Shown piece after piece: positions 38,764 through 49,410 of a DNA stretch of 58,855 nt; within the stretch, counting starts at the first letter, position 1; the number at the start of each line of letters is the position of its first letter. The stretch comes from an uncultured Enterobacteriaceae bacterium (GTDB lineage Bacteria; Pseudomonadota; Gammaproteobacteria; Burkholderiales; SG8-39): positions 1-58,855 of the forward strand of contig CAYZFN010000224.1 in the NCBI GenBank assembly GCA_964477695.1, given 5' to 3'. A program made the translations under genes and the position numbers. The notes beneath the pieces are model-generated. The model saw nothing but the letters and a program-made list of their open reading frames with translations. It did not search any database and was not told where the DNA came from.

Positions 38764-39339
38764 TCAACTGCCGACCGCCGCATGGGGCAGCGCCTTGCGC
38801 ACGTAATAGAGCAGCGACACGACCGTGAGCACCGCCGCCACGATGATGAGCAGCGTCCCGTACCAGAGCGTGTCCAGACCGAAAATAGGATCGTGGTAAA
38901 GGAGCAACGGAATCGCGATCATCTGGAACGCGGTCTTCAGCTTGCCCACGAAAGCGACCGCCACGCTGCTCGCCTGCCCGACCTTCGCCATCCACTCGCG
39001 CAGCGCGGAAACGCCGATCTCGCGGCCGATGATGATCAGCGCGACCAGCATGTCGACGCGCTTCAGGTGCAGCAGCACGATGAGCGCCCCGGCGACGATC
39101 AGCTTGTCCGCCACCGGATCGAGGAACGCGCCAAACGCCGACATCTGGTTCAGCCGCCGCGCGAGGTAGCCGTCCAGCCAGTCGGTCACGGCCGCGACGA
39201 TGAACACGATCGTCGCCGAGACGTTCTTGCCGTGCAGCGACAGCCAATCCTCCGGAAGGTAATACAGCGCGATGATGAGCGGGATCAGCACGATGCGCGA
39301 GAACGTGATGACGTTCGGCACGTTGACGAGCCGTTTCAT
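38764..39339 (-). CDS. pgsA: CDP-diacylglycerol--glycerol-3-phosphate 3-phosphatidyltransferase
   Basis: PNVITFSR, TDWLDGYLARR, GAFLDPVADK, GREIGVSALRE. Confidence 0.95.
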   Translation of the reverse strand: MKRLVNVPNVITFSRIVLIPLIIALYYLPEDWLSLHGKNVSATIVFIVAAVTDWLDGYLARRLNQMSAFGAFLDPVADKLIVAGALIVLLHLKRVDMLVALIIIGREIGVSALREWMAKVGQASSVAVAFVGKLKTAFQMIAIPLLLYHDPIFGLDTLWYGTLLIIVAAVLTVVSLLYYVRKALPHAAVGS

Positions 39340-41123
39340 CCGGCAACCCTCATTTGCGCGCCCTCGTGCAGGTGCCGGTAGATGCGCTCGGCGAGCGGCC
39401 GGCTGATGCCCGCCACCTTGGCGATGTCGTCGATCGCAGCGGCCTGCACGCCTCTCAAGCCGCCAAAGTGCTCGATCAGCGCCTGACGGCGCTTCGCGCC
39501 GATCCCGGGGATCTCGTTCAGCAGCGAAGTCGTGCGCGCCTTGCCGCGCCGCGCCCGGTGGCCGACGATCGCGAAGCGATGCGCCTCGTCGCGGATCGCC
39601 TGGATGAGGTGCAGGCCCGGATGCGAGGGGGCGAGCTCGAGCGAGCGCGCCTCGGATTCGACGATCAGCTCTTCCTGCCCGGGCTTGCGCGCGGGCCCTT
39701 TCGCCACGCCGACCACGCATACCTGGTGCAGTCCCAGGTCGGCGAGCGCGGCGCGCGCGGCGGCGACCTGCCCGCGGCCGCCGTCGATCAGGATCAGGTC
39801 CGGGATGCGCCCGCCTTCGGCGCTCACTCTCTCGTGGCGGCGCGACAGCGCCTGCCGCATCGCCGCGTAGTCGTCGCCCGGCGTGATGTCGCGGATGTTG
39901 AACCGGCGGTATTCGGACTTCTGCATCTGGTTGCGGTCGTACACCACGCACGAGGCGACCGTCGCCTCGCCCATGGTATGGCTGATGTCGAAGCATTCGA
40001 TGCGCTGCGCGCCTTCCGCAAGGCCGAGCGCTTCGCGCAGCGCGGCCAGGCGCGCCTCCTGCGTGGCGCGGTCGCGCACGCGCTGCGCGATGGCGAGCAG
40101 CGCGTTCTTGCGCGCCATTTCCAGCCAGACGCGGCGCTCGCCGTGCACCGGGTTGACGACATTCTGCAGCTCCACCGGCTCGTCGGTGACGATGAGCGCC
40201 GGCGCCGGCTGCTCGACGTAATGCTGCTCGAGGAAGGCGCCCACCACCTCGCCGCTCGCCGCGCCTTCCGCGTTCGAGGGAAAGAAGCTGCGGTCGCCGA
40301 CATGCCGTCCGCCGCGGATCATGACCAGGTTGACGCAGGCGATCGCGCCCTCGATCGCGCACGCCACGACGTCCGCGTCGACGCCGCGCTCCGACTCGAC
40401 GTACTGGCGAGCCTGCACGCGCGCGAGGGCGCGCACCTGGTCGCGATACGCGGCCGCCTCCTCATAGCGGCGCGCCTCCGAAGCGGTGTGCATGCGGGCA
40501 TTCAACCTGTCGATCACGTCGGCCTCGCGGCCCTCGAGGAACAGCATCGCGTTGGCGACGTCGTCGGCATAGGCGTCGGCTGCGATCTTGCCCGTGCACG
40601 GCGCCGTGCAGCGCTGGATCTGGTGCAGCAGGCACGGCCGCGAGCGGTTCTCGAACACCGAGTCCTCGCAGGTGCGCAGCCGGAACACGCGCTGCAGCAG
40701 CTGGATCGATTCGCGCACCGCGTAGGCGTGCGGGAAGGGCCCGAAGTAGCGGTGCCGCCGGTCCTTGGCGCCGCGGTGGAATCCGAGGCGCGGGAACTCG
40801 TCGCCCGTGACCACGAGGTACGGATAGGACTTGTCATCGCGAAAGAGGATGTTGTAGCGCGGGTTGAGGCTCTTGATGAGGTTGTTTTCCAGCAGGAGGG
40901 CTTCTCCCTCCGAGCGGGTCGCCGTCACCTCCATGCGGGTGACCTGCGACAGCATCATCTCGATGCGCGGGCTCTGCGCCTGCTTCTGGAAGTACGAGGC
41001 GACGCGTTTCTTCAGGTCGCGCGCCTTGCCGACGTACAACGCGTCGCCCTCCTTTCCCAGCATGCGGTAGACGCCCGGAAGATTCGGCAGCCCGGCGACG
41101 AACGTCTTTGCATCAAATGCCAT
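39336..41123 (-). CDS. uvrC: Excinuclease ABC subunit C
   Basis: PGVYRM, YVGKARDLKKRV, PRYNILFRDDKSYPY, ECFDISH, LIDGGRGQ, RDEAHRFAI, C-terminal HhH. Confidence 0.95.
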   Translation of the reverse strand: MAFDAKTFVAGLPNLPGVYRMLGKEGDALYVGKARDLKKRVASYFQKQAQSPRIEMMLSQVTRMEVTATRSEGEALLLENNLIKSLNPRYNILFRDDKSYPYLVVTGDEFPRLGFHRGAKDRRHRYFGPFPHAYAVRESIQLLQRVFRLRTCEDSVFENRSRPCLLHQIQRCTAPCTGKIAADAYADDVANAMLFLEGREADVIDRLNARMHTASEARRYEEAAAYRDQVRALARVQARQYVESERGVDADVVACAIEGAIACVNLVMIRGGRHVGDRSFFPSNAEGAASGEVVGAFLEQHYVEQPAPALIVTDEPVELQNVVNPVHGERRVWLEMARKNALLAIAQRVRDRATQEARLAALREALGLAEGAQRIECFDISHTMGEATVASCVVYDRNQMQKSEYRRFNIRDITPGDDYAAMRQALSRRHERVSAEGGRIPDLILIDGGRGQVAAARAALADLGLHQVCVVGVAKGPARKPGQEELIVESEARSLELAPSHPGLHLIQAIRDEAHRFAIVGHRARRGKARTTSLLNEIPGIGAKRRQALIEHFGGLRGVQAAAIDDIAKVAGISRPLAERIYRHLHEGAQMRVAG

Positions 41124-41174
41124 TGATTTCATTATAAATGGGGTAAAATTCGCGCCTTTTTGGTGGCGGCAAAC

Positions 41175-41741
41175 ATGGCAAAAGTCGAAGCAGTCGAAAT
41201 CCGTCCCGGCCAGCTCCTCGAATGGGACAAGCGCGTCTGGCGCGTCCTCAAGAGCTACCACGTCCATGTCGGCGGCCGCGGCGGCGCGTTCATGCAGGTC
41301 GAGATGAAGGACATCGAGGCCGGCACCAAGACCAACCAGCGCTTCCGCACCGAAGACAAGGTCGAGCGCGCCTTCGTCGATCCGCGCGACATGCAATACC
41401 TCTACCAGGACGGCGACAGCTACGTATTCATGGACAAGGAGAACTACGAGCAGCTTTCGCTGCCGGAGGATTTCCTTGAAGGCCAGGCCGGATACCTGCT
41501 TCCGAACACCGACGTGCAGATCAATTTCTACAACGGGCGGCCGATCGGCGTCGAGCTTCCGCCGTCGGTCGTGCTGACGGTCGCCGACACCGAGCCAGGC
41601 ATCAGGAACGCCACCGCCACCAATACCTTCAAGCCGGCGAAGATGGAGACCGGCATCACCGTGCAGGTGCCCCCGTTCATCAACAAGGGCGAGAAGATCA
41701 AGATCGACACCGTCGAAGGCACCTACATGGAGCGCGCCTAG
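41175..41741 (+). CDS. efp: Elongation factor P with atypical HVHVGGRGGAF loop
   Basis: EIRPG, QVEMKD, RFRTEDKVE, MQYLY, FMDKENYEQ, ELPPSVVLTV, KPAKMETG, VPPFI. Confidence 0.92.
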   Translation: MAKVEAVEIRPGQLLEWDKRVWRVLKSYHVHVGGRGGAFMQVEMKDIEAGTKTNQRFRTEDKVERAFVDPRDMQYLYQDGDSYVFMDKENYEQLSLPEDFLEGQAGYLLPNTDVQINFYNGRPIGVELPPSVVLTVADTEPGIRNATATNTFKPAKMETGITVQVPPFINKGEKIKIDTVEGTYMERA

Positions 41742-41748
41742 CCCGGGC

Positions 41749-41769
41749 AATTGGTGACTGTCACCAATT
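41749..41769. repeat. Perfect AT-rich palindrome between convergent efp and nagZ
   Basis: AATTGGTGAC-T-GTCACCAATT. Confidence 0.8.
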
Positions 41770-42793
41770 AGGCTCTGAGCAGGCTCAGCGCTTCCTGCCC
41801 CTCCCGATAGGCAACGCTCTTGCGCAGGTCGCGCCCCCCCTGCTTGCGCATGCGGTCCAGCCGCGCGGGCTTCGCCAGCGGCACGTCCCTGAGCGACTCC
41901 AGCAGCCGGTTCTGACCTTCCGGGTCGTTGCAGAGGAGGACCATGTCGCAGCCGGCCTCGAGCGCGGCGCGCGCGCGTTCCGGCGGTCCGCCGGCGGCAC
42001 GCGCGCCTTCCATCGACAGGTCGTCGCTGAACACGAGTCCGTCGAAGCCGAGCTTGCCGCGCAGCACCTCCTGCAGCCAGAAGCGTGAATAGCCGGCCGG
42101 CTCGGCGTCGCACTGCGGATAGATGACGTGCGCCGGCATGACGGCGGCGAGTCCGGCGTCGATCGCGGCGCGGTAGGGCACGAGATCCTTGCCGGCCATC
42201 ACCTTGAAAGGCCGATCGTCCACCGGCACGGCGACGTGCGAATCGGCGGCAGCGAAGCCGTGCCCGGGAAAATGCTTGCCGACGGCCGCCATCCCGGCGT
42301 CCTTGAACCCGAGTACCAGCTGCGAAGCGAGCGTGCCGACTGCGCTCGGATCGAAGTGCAGCGCCCGGTCGCCGATGACGCTGCTCGTGCCGTAGTCGAG
42401 ATCGAGCACGGGCGCGAAGCTGAAGTCGATGCCGAGCGCGCCGAGCTCGGCGCCGCTCACATACGCGGCGGCGCGCGCAGCGGCCTTCGCGGCCTCGCGC
42501 TCGCGGTCCCACAGCCTTCCGAGCTCGCGCATCGCCGGAATGGCGGTGAAGCCGTCGCGGAAGCGCTGCACGCGGCCGCCCTCGTGGTCGACGCACAGCA
42601 CGAGCTCGGGCTCCCGCAGCTTGCCGATTTCCCCGGTGAGGAGCCGCAGCTGCTCCGGGTTCTGGTAGTTGCGCGAAAAGAGGATCACCGCGCCGGCCGC
42701 CGGATGGCGCAGGCGCTCGCGATCGTCGTCCGTGAGCTCGGGACCGAGCACGTCGATCACCGCGGGTCCGGGCGGCAGCCTTACTTTTCGCAT
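41768..42793 (-). CDS. nagZ: Beta-N-acetylhexosaminidase
   Basis: ILFSRNY, VDHEGGRVQRF, FAPVLD, KHFPGHG, DSH, VMPAHV, SDDLSM. Confidence 0.95.
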   Translation of the reverse strand: MRKVRLPPGPAVIDVLGPELTDDDRERLRHPAAGAVILFSRNYQNPEQLRLLTGEIGKLREPELVLCVDHEGGRVQRFRDGFTAIPAMRELGRLWDREREAAKAAARAAAYVSGAELGALGIDFSFAPVLDLDYGTSSVIGDRALHFDPSAVGTLASQLVLGFKDAGMAAVGKHFPGHGFAAADSHVAVPVDDRPFKVMAGKDLVPYRAAIDAGLAAVMPAHVIYPQCDAEPAGYSRFWLQEVLRGKLGFDGLVFSDDLSMEGARAAGGPPERARAALEAGCDMVLLCNDPEGQNRLLESLRDVPLAKPARLDRMRKQGGRDLRKSVAYREGQEALSLLRA

Positions 42794-43164
42794 TCCAGGA
42801 CCACCGTCGCGAAGGCGACGCCTTTCTCGTCCGAGAGCGAGACGTGGGCGGTGATGACTCCCCTCGCCTTCAGGAGCGCCTTCAGCGGATCGGAAAATTC
42901 CAGCACCGGCTTGCCCGAGGGCAGGTTGCGCACCCAAACGCCGTGCCAGTTGGCCGGCGAGCGAATCCCCGTGCCGAGCGCCTTGGTGAAGGCTTCCTTG
43001 GCCGCGAAACGCTTGGCCAGGTAATTCGCCGGCAAGCGATGCCCCTGGAAGCGGCGCAGCTCGCTTTCGCACAGGATCTTGCGCGCAAAACGCTCGCCGT
43101 ACTTGTGCAGCACCGAGCGGATGCGCTCGATCTCGACCACGTCGGTGCCCACCCCGTAGATCAT
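42781..43164 (-). CDS. acpS: Holo-ACP synthase
   Basis: [34 protein letters not shown]. Confidence 0.95.
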   Translation of the reverse strand: MIYGVGTDVVEIERIRSVLHKYGERFARKILCESELRRFQGHRLPANYLAKRFAAKEAFTKALGTGIRSPANWHGVWVRNLPSGKPVLEFSDPLKALLKARGVITAHVSLSDEKGVAFATVVLECEK

Positions 43165-43907
43165 CGCGCCGCGCGCAGCATCAGCTGCTTCATCTCGCGC
43201 ACCGCCTCGCGCATGCCGACGAAGACAGCGCGGCTGACGATCGCGTGGCCGATATGCAGCTCGCGCACGCCGGGCAGCGCCGCCACCGGCTCGACGTTGA
43301 AGTAGTTGAGCGCGTGGCCGGCGTTGAAACGCATGCCGAGCGCGCGGATGGCCTCGCCCGCGCGCTCGATCCTCTCCAGCTCGGAAACCACCGCCGGGCT
43401 CTCGGCATCGCGCCCCCTCGAATGGAACGCGTGCGCATACGGGCCGGTATGGATCTCGCACACGGCAGCGCCGACGCGCGCGGCCGCTTCGACCTGGCCC
43501 GGCTCGGCGTCGATGAACACGGACACCACGATACCGGCGGCTTTGAGTCGCGAGACCACTTTCTTTAGGACCGCTTCGTGTCCGGCGACATCGAGCCCGC
43601 CTTCGGTGGTGATCTCCATGCGCCCCTCGGGCACGAGCATCGCCATCTCGGGCTTGATGCGGCACGCTATGTCGAGCATCTCCTCGGTCGCCGCCATCTC
43701 CAGGTTGAGGCGGATGTGCGTGAGCTCGCGCAGGCGGCGCACATCCTCGTCCTGGATGTGGCGCCGGTCCTCGCGCAGATGGCACGTGATGCCGTCCGCG
43801 CCGCCGAGGTGCGCCTCGATCGCCGCCCAGACCGGGTCGGGCTCGTAGGTGCGGCGCGCCTGGCGCACGGTAGCGACGTGGTCGATGTTGACGCCCAGTT
43901 CGATCAT
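43161..43907 (-). CDS. pdxJ: Pyridoxine 5'-phosphate synthase
   Basis: [49 protein letters not shown]. Confidence 0.95.
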   Translation of the reverse strand: MIELGVNIDHVATVRQARRTYEPDPVWAAIEAHLGGADGITCHLREDRRHIQDEDVRRLRELTHIRLNLEMAATEEMLDIACRIKPEMAMLVPEGRMEITTEGGLDVAGHEAVLKKVVSRLKAAGIVVSVFIDAEPGQVEAAARVGAAVCEIHTGPYAHAFHSRGRDAESPAVVSELERIERAGEAIRALGMRFNAGHALNYFNVEPVAALPGVRELHIGHAIVSRAVFVGMREAVREMKQLMLRAAR

Positions 43908-43917
43908 AGATGCGCAA

Positions 43918-44628
43918 TCACAGCTCATTCAGCTCCATCAGCACGCTGCGCGTATGCAGCACCTGGCCATGCAGGCGCTGCCCGATGAGCGCGCGCAGGA
44001 GGTAGCGCGCCTCGTCGCGGGTTTCGGCGCGGCTATAGTCGTCGGCGGCCAGGTCGAGCAACGTGCGCCCGCTTACCGTGAGATCGCCGCCGTTGCCGCG
44101 CACCGGTCCGCGGTCGGGCTCGTAGCAATAACGCCCGGCCGGGTCGATCGGGGCGCCGCTCGCCGCATCGCGATCGAGCAGCGGCGCGTAGCCGAGCTCG
44201 GCGAGCAGCCGCTTCTCGAAGGCGCGCAATACCGCCGAGTAAGACTGGACCCCGGACAGGGCGGCGATGGTGGCGGCGTAGTGATCGAAAAGGGTCTCGT
44301 GCGCGTCCTCGCGCGGCAGCAGGCGCAGCACGAGCTCGTTCACGTAGAAGGCGCACATCAGCCCGCGGCCGCTCAGCGGATGCAGCGCGCCGCCCCAGTC
44401 GGCGCGCATCAGCGTGGCGAGCTCTCCGGCGCCGCTCCACGCGAGCTCGAGCGGCTGGAAGGCGAGCAGCATGCCGCGCATGGCCGAGCGGGGCCGCCGC
44501 GCGCCGCGGGCGAGCAGCGCCACGCGGCCGTGTCGGCGCGTGAACGCCTCGACGATCAGGCTCGTCTCCTTGTACGGGTACGTGTGCAGCACGTAACCCG
44601 GCTCCTGGTCGGCGCGGCGCCTACTCAT
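43918..44628 (-). CDS. recO: DNA repair protein RecO
   Basis: [48 protein letters not shown]. Confidence 0.93.
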   Translation of the reverse strand: MSRRRADQEPGYVLHTYPYKETSLIVEAFTRRHGRVALLARGARRPRSAMRGMLLAFQPLELAWSGAGELATLMRADWGGALHPLSGRGLMCAFYVNELVLRLLPREDAHETLFDHYAATIAALSGVQSYSAVLRAFEKRLLAELGYAPLLDRDAASGAPIDPAGRYCYEPDRGPVRGNGGDLTVSGRTLLDLAADDYSRAETRDEARYLLRALIGQRLHGQVLHTRSVLMELNEL

Positions 44629-45514
44629 AGCCCAATTGTCGCAGGACGCGGGCGTCGTCGGTCCACGCGCGGCGCACCTTGACCCAGACGCCGAGATACA
44701 CCTTGCCCCCAAAAAGGCGCTCCATGTCGCGGCGCGCCGCGCTCGCCATGTGCTTCAGGCGTGCGCCGCCCGCGCCGAGGACGATCGCCTTCTGGCTGTC
44801 GCGCTCGACGAGGATCGTCGACTCGATGCGACGAAACGGACGCTGCGGCGTTCCTTCTTCCTTGAAGCTCTCGATCACGACCTCGCAGCGGTAGGGAAGC
44901 TCCTCGCCGAGCGCCTCGAAAAGCTTCTCGCGCAGCAGCTCGGCGGCAAAGAAGCGCTCGTCGCGATCGGTGAGCTGGTCGGCGGGATAGGCGGCCGGGC
45001 CTTCGGGCAGCGCCTCGCGCAGCACGCGCAGCAGCTCGGCGATGTTCCTGCCGGTCTTCGCGCTCACCGGAACGATCGCCTCGAACGCGTGCGCCTTCGC
45101 CAGCCGGTCGAGGAAGGGCACGAGCGCGATGCGTTGCCGGACGACGTCGACCTTGTTCACGACGGCGAGGACCTTCGCTCGCGCCGGGATGCGCGCCAGC
45201 GCGGCGCGGTCCTCGGGCCCGAAGCGCATCGCCTCGACGACATAGAGCACGACGTCCGCCTGCGCGGCCTCGCCGACGCGCCGGCTGAGCGCCTTGTGCA
45301 GCACGTTCTTCAGGCGCGGCGGGTTGCCCGGCGAATCGACGAACACATACTGGCAGCCCGGCAGCGTGAGCACTCCGGTCACGAGGTGACGCGTGGTCTG
45401 CGGCCGCGCCGAGACGATGGAGAGCTTCTCGCCGACCAGGCGGTTGAGCAGGCTCGACTTCCCGGTGTTCGGTCGGCCGACGATGCCGACCGTGCCGCAG
45501 CGATGGCCTTTCAA
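44621..45514 (-). CDS. era: GTPase Era
   Basis: GRPNTGKSSL, QTTR, DSPG, NKVD, ELPY, KH domain. TTG start overlaps the rnc stop. Confidence 0.93.
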   Translation of the reverse strand: MKGHRCGTVGIVGRPNTGKSSLLNRLVGEKLSIVSARPQTTRHLVTGVLTLPGCQYVFVDSPGNPPRLKNVLHKALSRRVGEAAQADVVLYVVEAMRFGPEDRAALARIPARAKVLAVVNKVDVVRQRIALVPFLDRLAKAHAFEAIVPVSAKTGRNIAELLRVLREALPEGPAAYPADQLTDRDERFFAAELLREKLFEALGEELPYRCEVVIESFKEEGTPQRPFRRIESTILVERDSQKAIVLGAGGARLKHMASAARRDMERLFGGKVYLGVWVKVRRAWTDDARVLRQLGYE

Positions 45515-46176
45515 GTCAATTTTTCCAGCATCGCCGCGGCCGCCTCCTGCTCGGCGCGTTGCCGCGAGCTGCCGCTGCCGCGCGCGCTCAGCCCGCCGGC
45601 GACCAGGCACTCGACCTCGAAGGACTGGCGGTGCGCGGCGCCCTGCACCGCCACGACGCGGTATTCGGGCAGCGGCTTGTGCGCGGCCTGCAGCACCTCC
45701 TGCAGCTGGGTCTTGGCGTCCTTCGCCGGCCGCTCCGGGTCGAGGCGCTCGATGTGCCGGCCGAACACCGCCAGCACCGCCTTGCATGCGGCGGCGTATC
45801 CGCCGTCGAGAAACACCGCGCCGAAAATCGCTTCCAGCGCGTCGGCGAGGATCGAGGGCCGAGGCTCGGGAGCGGCGGCGAGCTCGCCTTCGCCGAGGCG
45901 CATGAGCTCGGCCAGGCCGAGCGCGCGCGCCAGCTCGGCGAGCGTCTCCTCGCGCACCAGGCTCGCGCGCAGGCGCGTCAGCTTGCCCTCGGAAAGCTGC
46001 GGGAAGCGGGCGAACAGCTCCTCGGCTACCGCGCAGCCGAGCACGCCGTCGCCCAGGAATTCCAGCCGCTCGTTGTTGACCGCGCCGTAGCTGCGATGCG
46101 TCAGCGCCTGCTCGAGGAGCTCCGGCTGGGCGAAGCGGTGCCCGAGCCGCTCTTGCAGCGCGCGCGCGCGGGCGAT
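45511..46176 (-). CDS. rnc: Ribonuclease III (start codon non-canonical or uncertain)
   Basis: LGHRF, ALTHRS, NERLEFLGD, LSEGKLTRLRASLV, ILADALEAIFGA, dsRBD KDAKTQLQE. No ATG/GTG/TTG upstream of the signature in frame. Confidence 0.93.
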   Translation of the reverse strand: MARARALQERLGHRFAQPELLEQALTHRSYGAVNNERLEFLGDGVLGCAVAEELFARFPQLSEGKLTRLRASLVREETLAELARALGLAELMRLGEGELAAAPEPRPSILADALEAIFGAVFLDGGYAAACKAVLAVFGRHIERLDPERPAKDAKTQLQEVLQAAHKPLPEYRVVAVQGAAHRQSFEVECLVAGGLSARGSGSSRQRAEQEAAAAMLEKLT

Positions 46177-46530
46177 CTACTGCCCTCCCGCGTGCGCCGT
46201 GTAGTCGATGTACAGGCCGACGCCCTTGAAGAGCGGCACTTCCTTGCGGTAGGCAAACGAGATGACGAACGCGTTGCCGTCCTTCGCGATGTCGAGGTCG
46301 GTCGGCTTGATGGTGTTGATGTCGTCGATGGCCGAGCGCAGCTCGAACGCCTTGCGCACCTCGCCGGCGCTCGTCAGGTTCTGCGCGGCGATCGCCTCGA
46401 TCGCGCTCTTGGCGCTGCGGTACTCGACGAAGGAGGGCACGAGCTTCATCGCGAAGAGCACGACGAGCACGACCACGAAAAGTACCACGATGAGGCCGAC
46501 CAGGCTGAGGCCGCGTTGCTTCTGTAGCAT
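46177..46530 (-). CDS. DUF4845-family protein
   Basis: QRGLSL prepilin-like N-terminus, YRKEVPLF; conserved position between lepB and rnc. Confidence 0.85.
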   Translation of the reverse strand: MLQKQRGLSLVGLIVVLFVVVLVVLFAMKLVPSFVEYRSAKSAIEAIAAQNLTSAGEVRKAFELRSAIDDINTIKPTDLDIAKDGNAFVISFAYRKEVPLFKGVGLYIDYTAHAGGQ

Positions 46531-46551
46531 GTTGTTGTCCCTCCCGAGTGG

Positions 46552-47330
46552 CTAGTGGAACGGCCCGAAGCGCCCCAGCTCGTTCAGGTTGAGCCAGATG
46601 AAGAAGGCCTTGCCTACGATGTTCTCGTCCGGCACGAACCCCCAGACGCGGCTGTCGCTCGAGTTGTCCCGGTTGTCCCCCATCACGAAATAATGCCCCG
46701 GCGGCACGGTGCAGACGAGGCCCGCCGTATTGTAGTTGCAATTGCCCGCGGTCGCGCGCGTCGGCACCACGGCTGCGGGCGCGTCGTCCTCGAGCAGGAT
46801 CTCGTGCGGCACGCCGCCGAGCGTCTCGATGAAGCGGCGGGAAAACTGCATGCGCTCGCGCGACAGGTAGTCGTCGATCTGGCGCACCGGCACCGGCTGG
46901 CCGTTGATCGTCAGCCGCTTGTTCTGGTACTCGACGCGGTCGCCCGGCAGGCCGACCACGCGCTTGATGTAGTCGAGCGACGGGTCCTCGGGATAGCGGA
47001 ACACCATCACGTCGCCGCGCCGCGGGCTGCCGATCTCGATCACCTTCTTGTTCGCCACCGGCAGGCGGATGCCGTACGTGAATTTGTTCACGAGGATGAA
47101 GTCGCCGACCAGCAGCGTCGGCACCATGGAGCTCGACGGAATCTTGAACGGCTCGACCAGGAACGAGCGCAGCAGGAACACGATCAGGATGACCGGGAAG
47201 AAGCTGACCGAGTACTCGACCCACCACGGCTGCTTCGCGCCGGCGGCGCGTCGCCGCCTCAGCCAGAGCGCCTCGAGCGCCCAGACGGCGCCCGTCACCA
47301 CGAGCAGGATCAGCAGAAAAAGGGCGAAAT

Positions 47331-47334
<4 letters not shown>
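46552..47334 (-). CDS. lepB: Signal peptidase I
   Basis: [52 protein letters not shown] start overlaps the lepA stop. Confidence 0.95.
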
Positions 47335-49130
<1,796 letters not shown>

Positions 49131-49133
49131 ATA

Positions 49134-49176
49134 AAGAAAGAGGGTGCCCGCGGCCGACGCGTATCAGGGCACCCTC
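49134..49176 (-). terminator. Hairpin plus T-rich tail immediately upstream of lepA
   Basis: GAGGGTGCCC ... GGGCACCCTC inverted repeat, then TTTCTTT, then ATATG on the minus strand. Confidence 0.45.
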
Positions 49177-49191
49177 CTCAGGCCGGCTATT

Positions 49192-49410
49192 CTAGGGGAT
49201 TTGCTGCAGCACGGCGTCGTCGAGCCGGGTGCGGCACAGCTCTTTGCCCCGGGCGTCGGTGAGCACCGGCACGAAGCGCCCGTAGCGCTCCCTCAGCTCG
49301 GGCGAGCTGTCGACATCCAGCTCGTCGAACGCCACGCCGCGCCGGCGCAGCGCCTCGGCCATCTCCTCGCACAGATGGCAGTGGCGCCGTCCGTACAGTT
49401 TCAGGCGCAC
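49192..49410 (-). CDS. Glutaredoxin-like protein (DUF836 type)
   Basis: LYGRRHCHLCEEM (CxxC), VPVL. GTG start. Confidence 0.85.
   Translation of the reverse strand: MRLKLYGRRHCHLCEEMAEALRRRGVAFDELDVDSSPELRERYGRFVPVLTDARGKELCRTRLDDAVLQQIP

Noticed and set aside
39336-42596. 1086-aa UvrC extension
   Set aside because: The upstream part is antisense to efp and off-frame in nagZ; UvrC homology begins at MAFDAK (41123).
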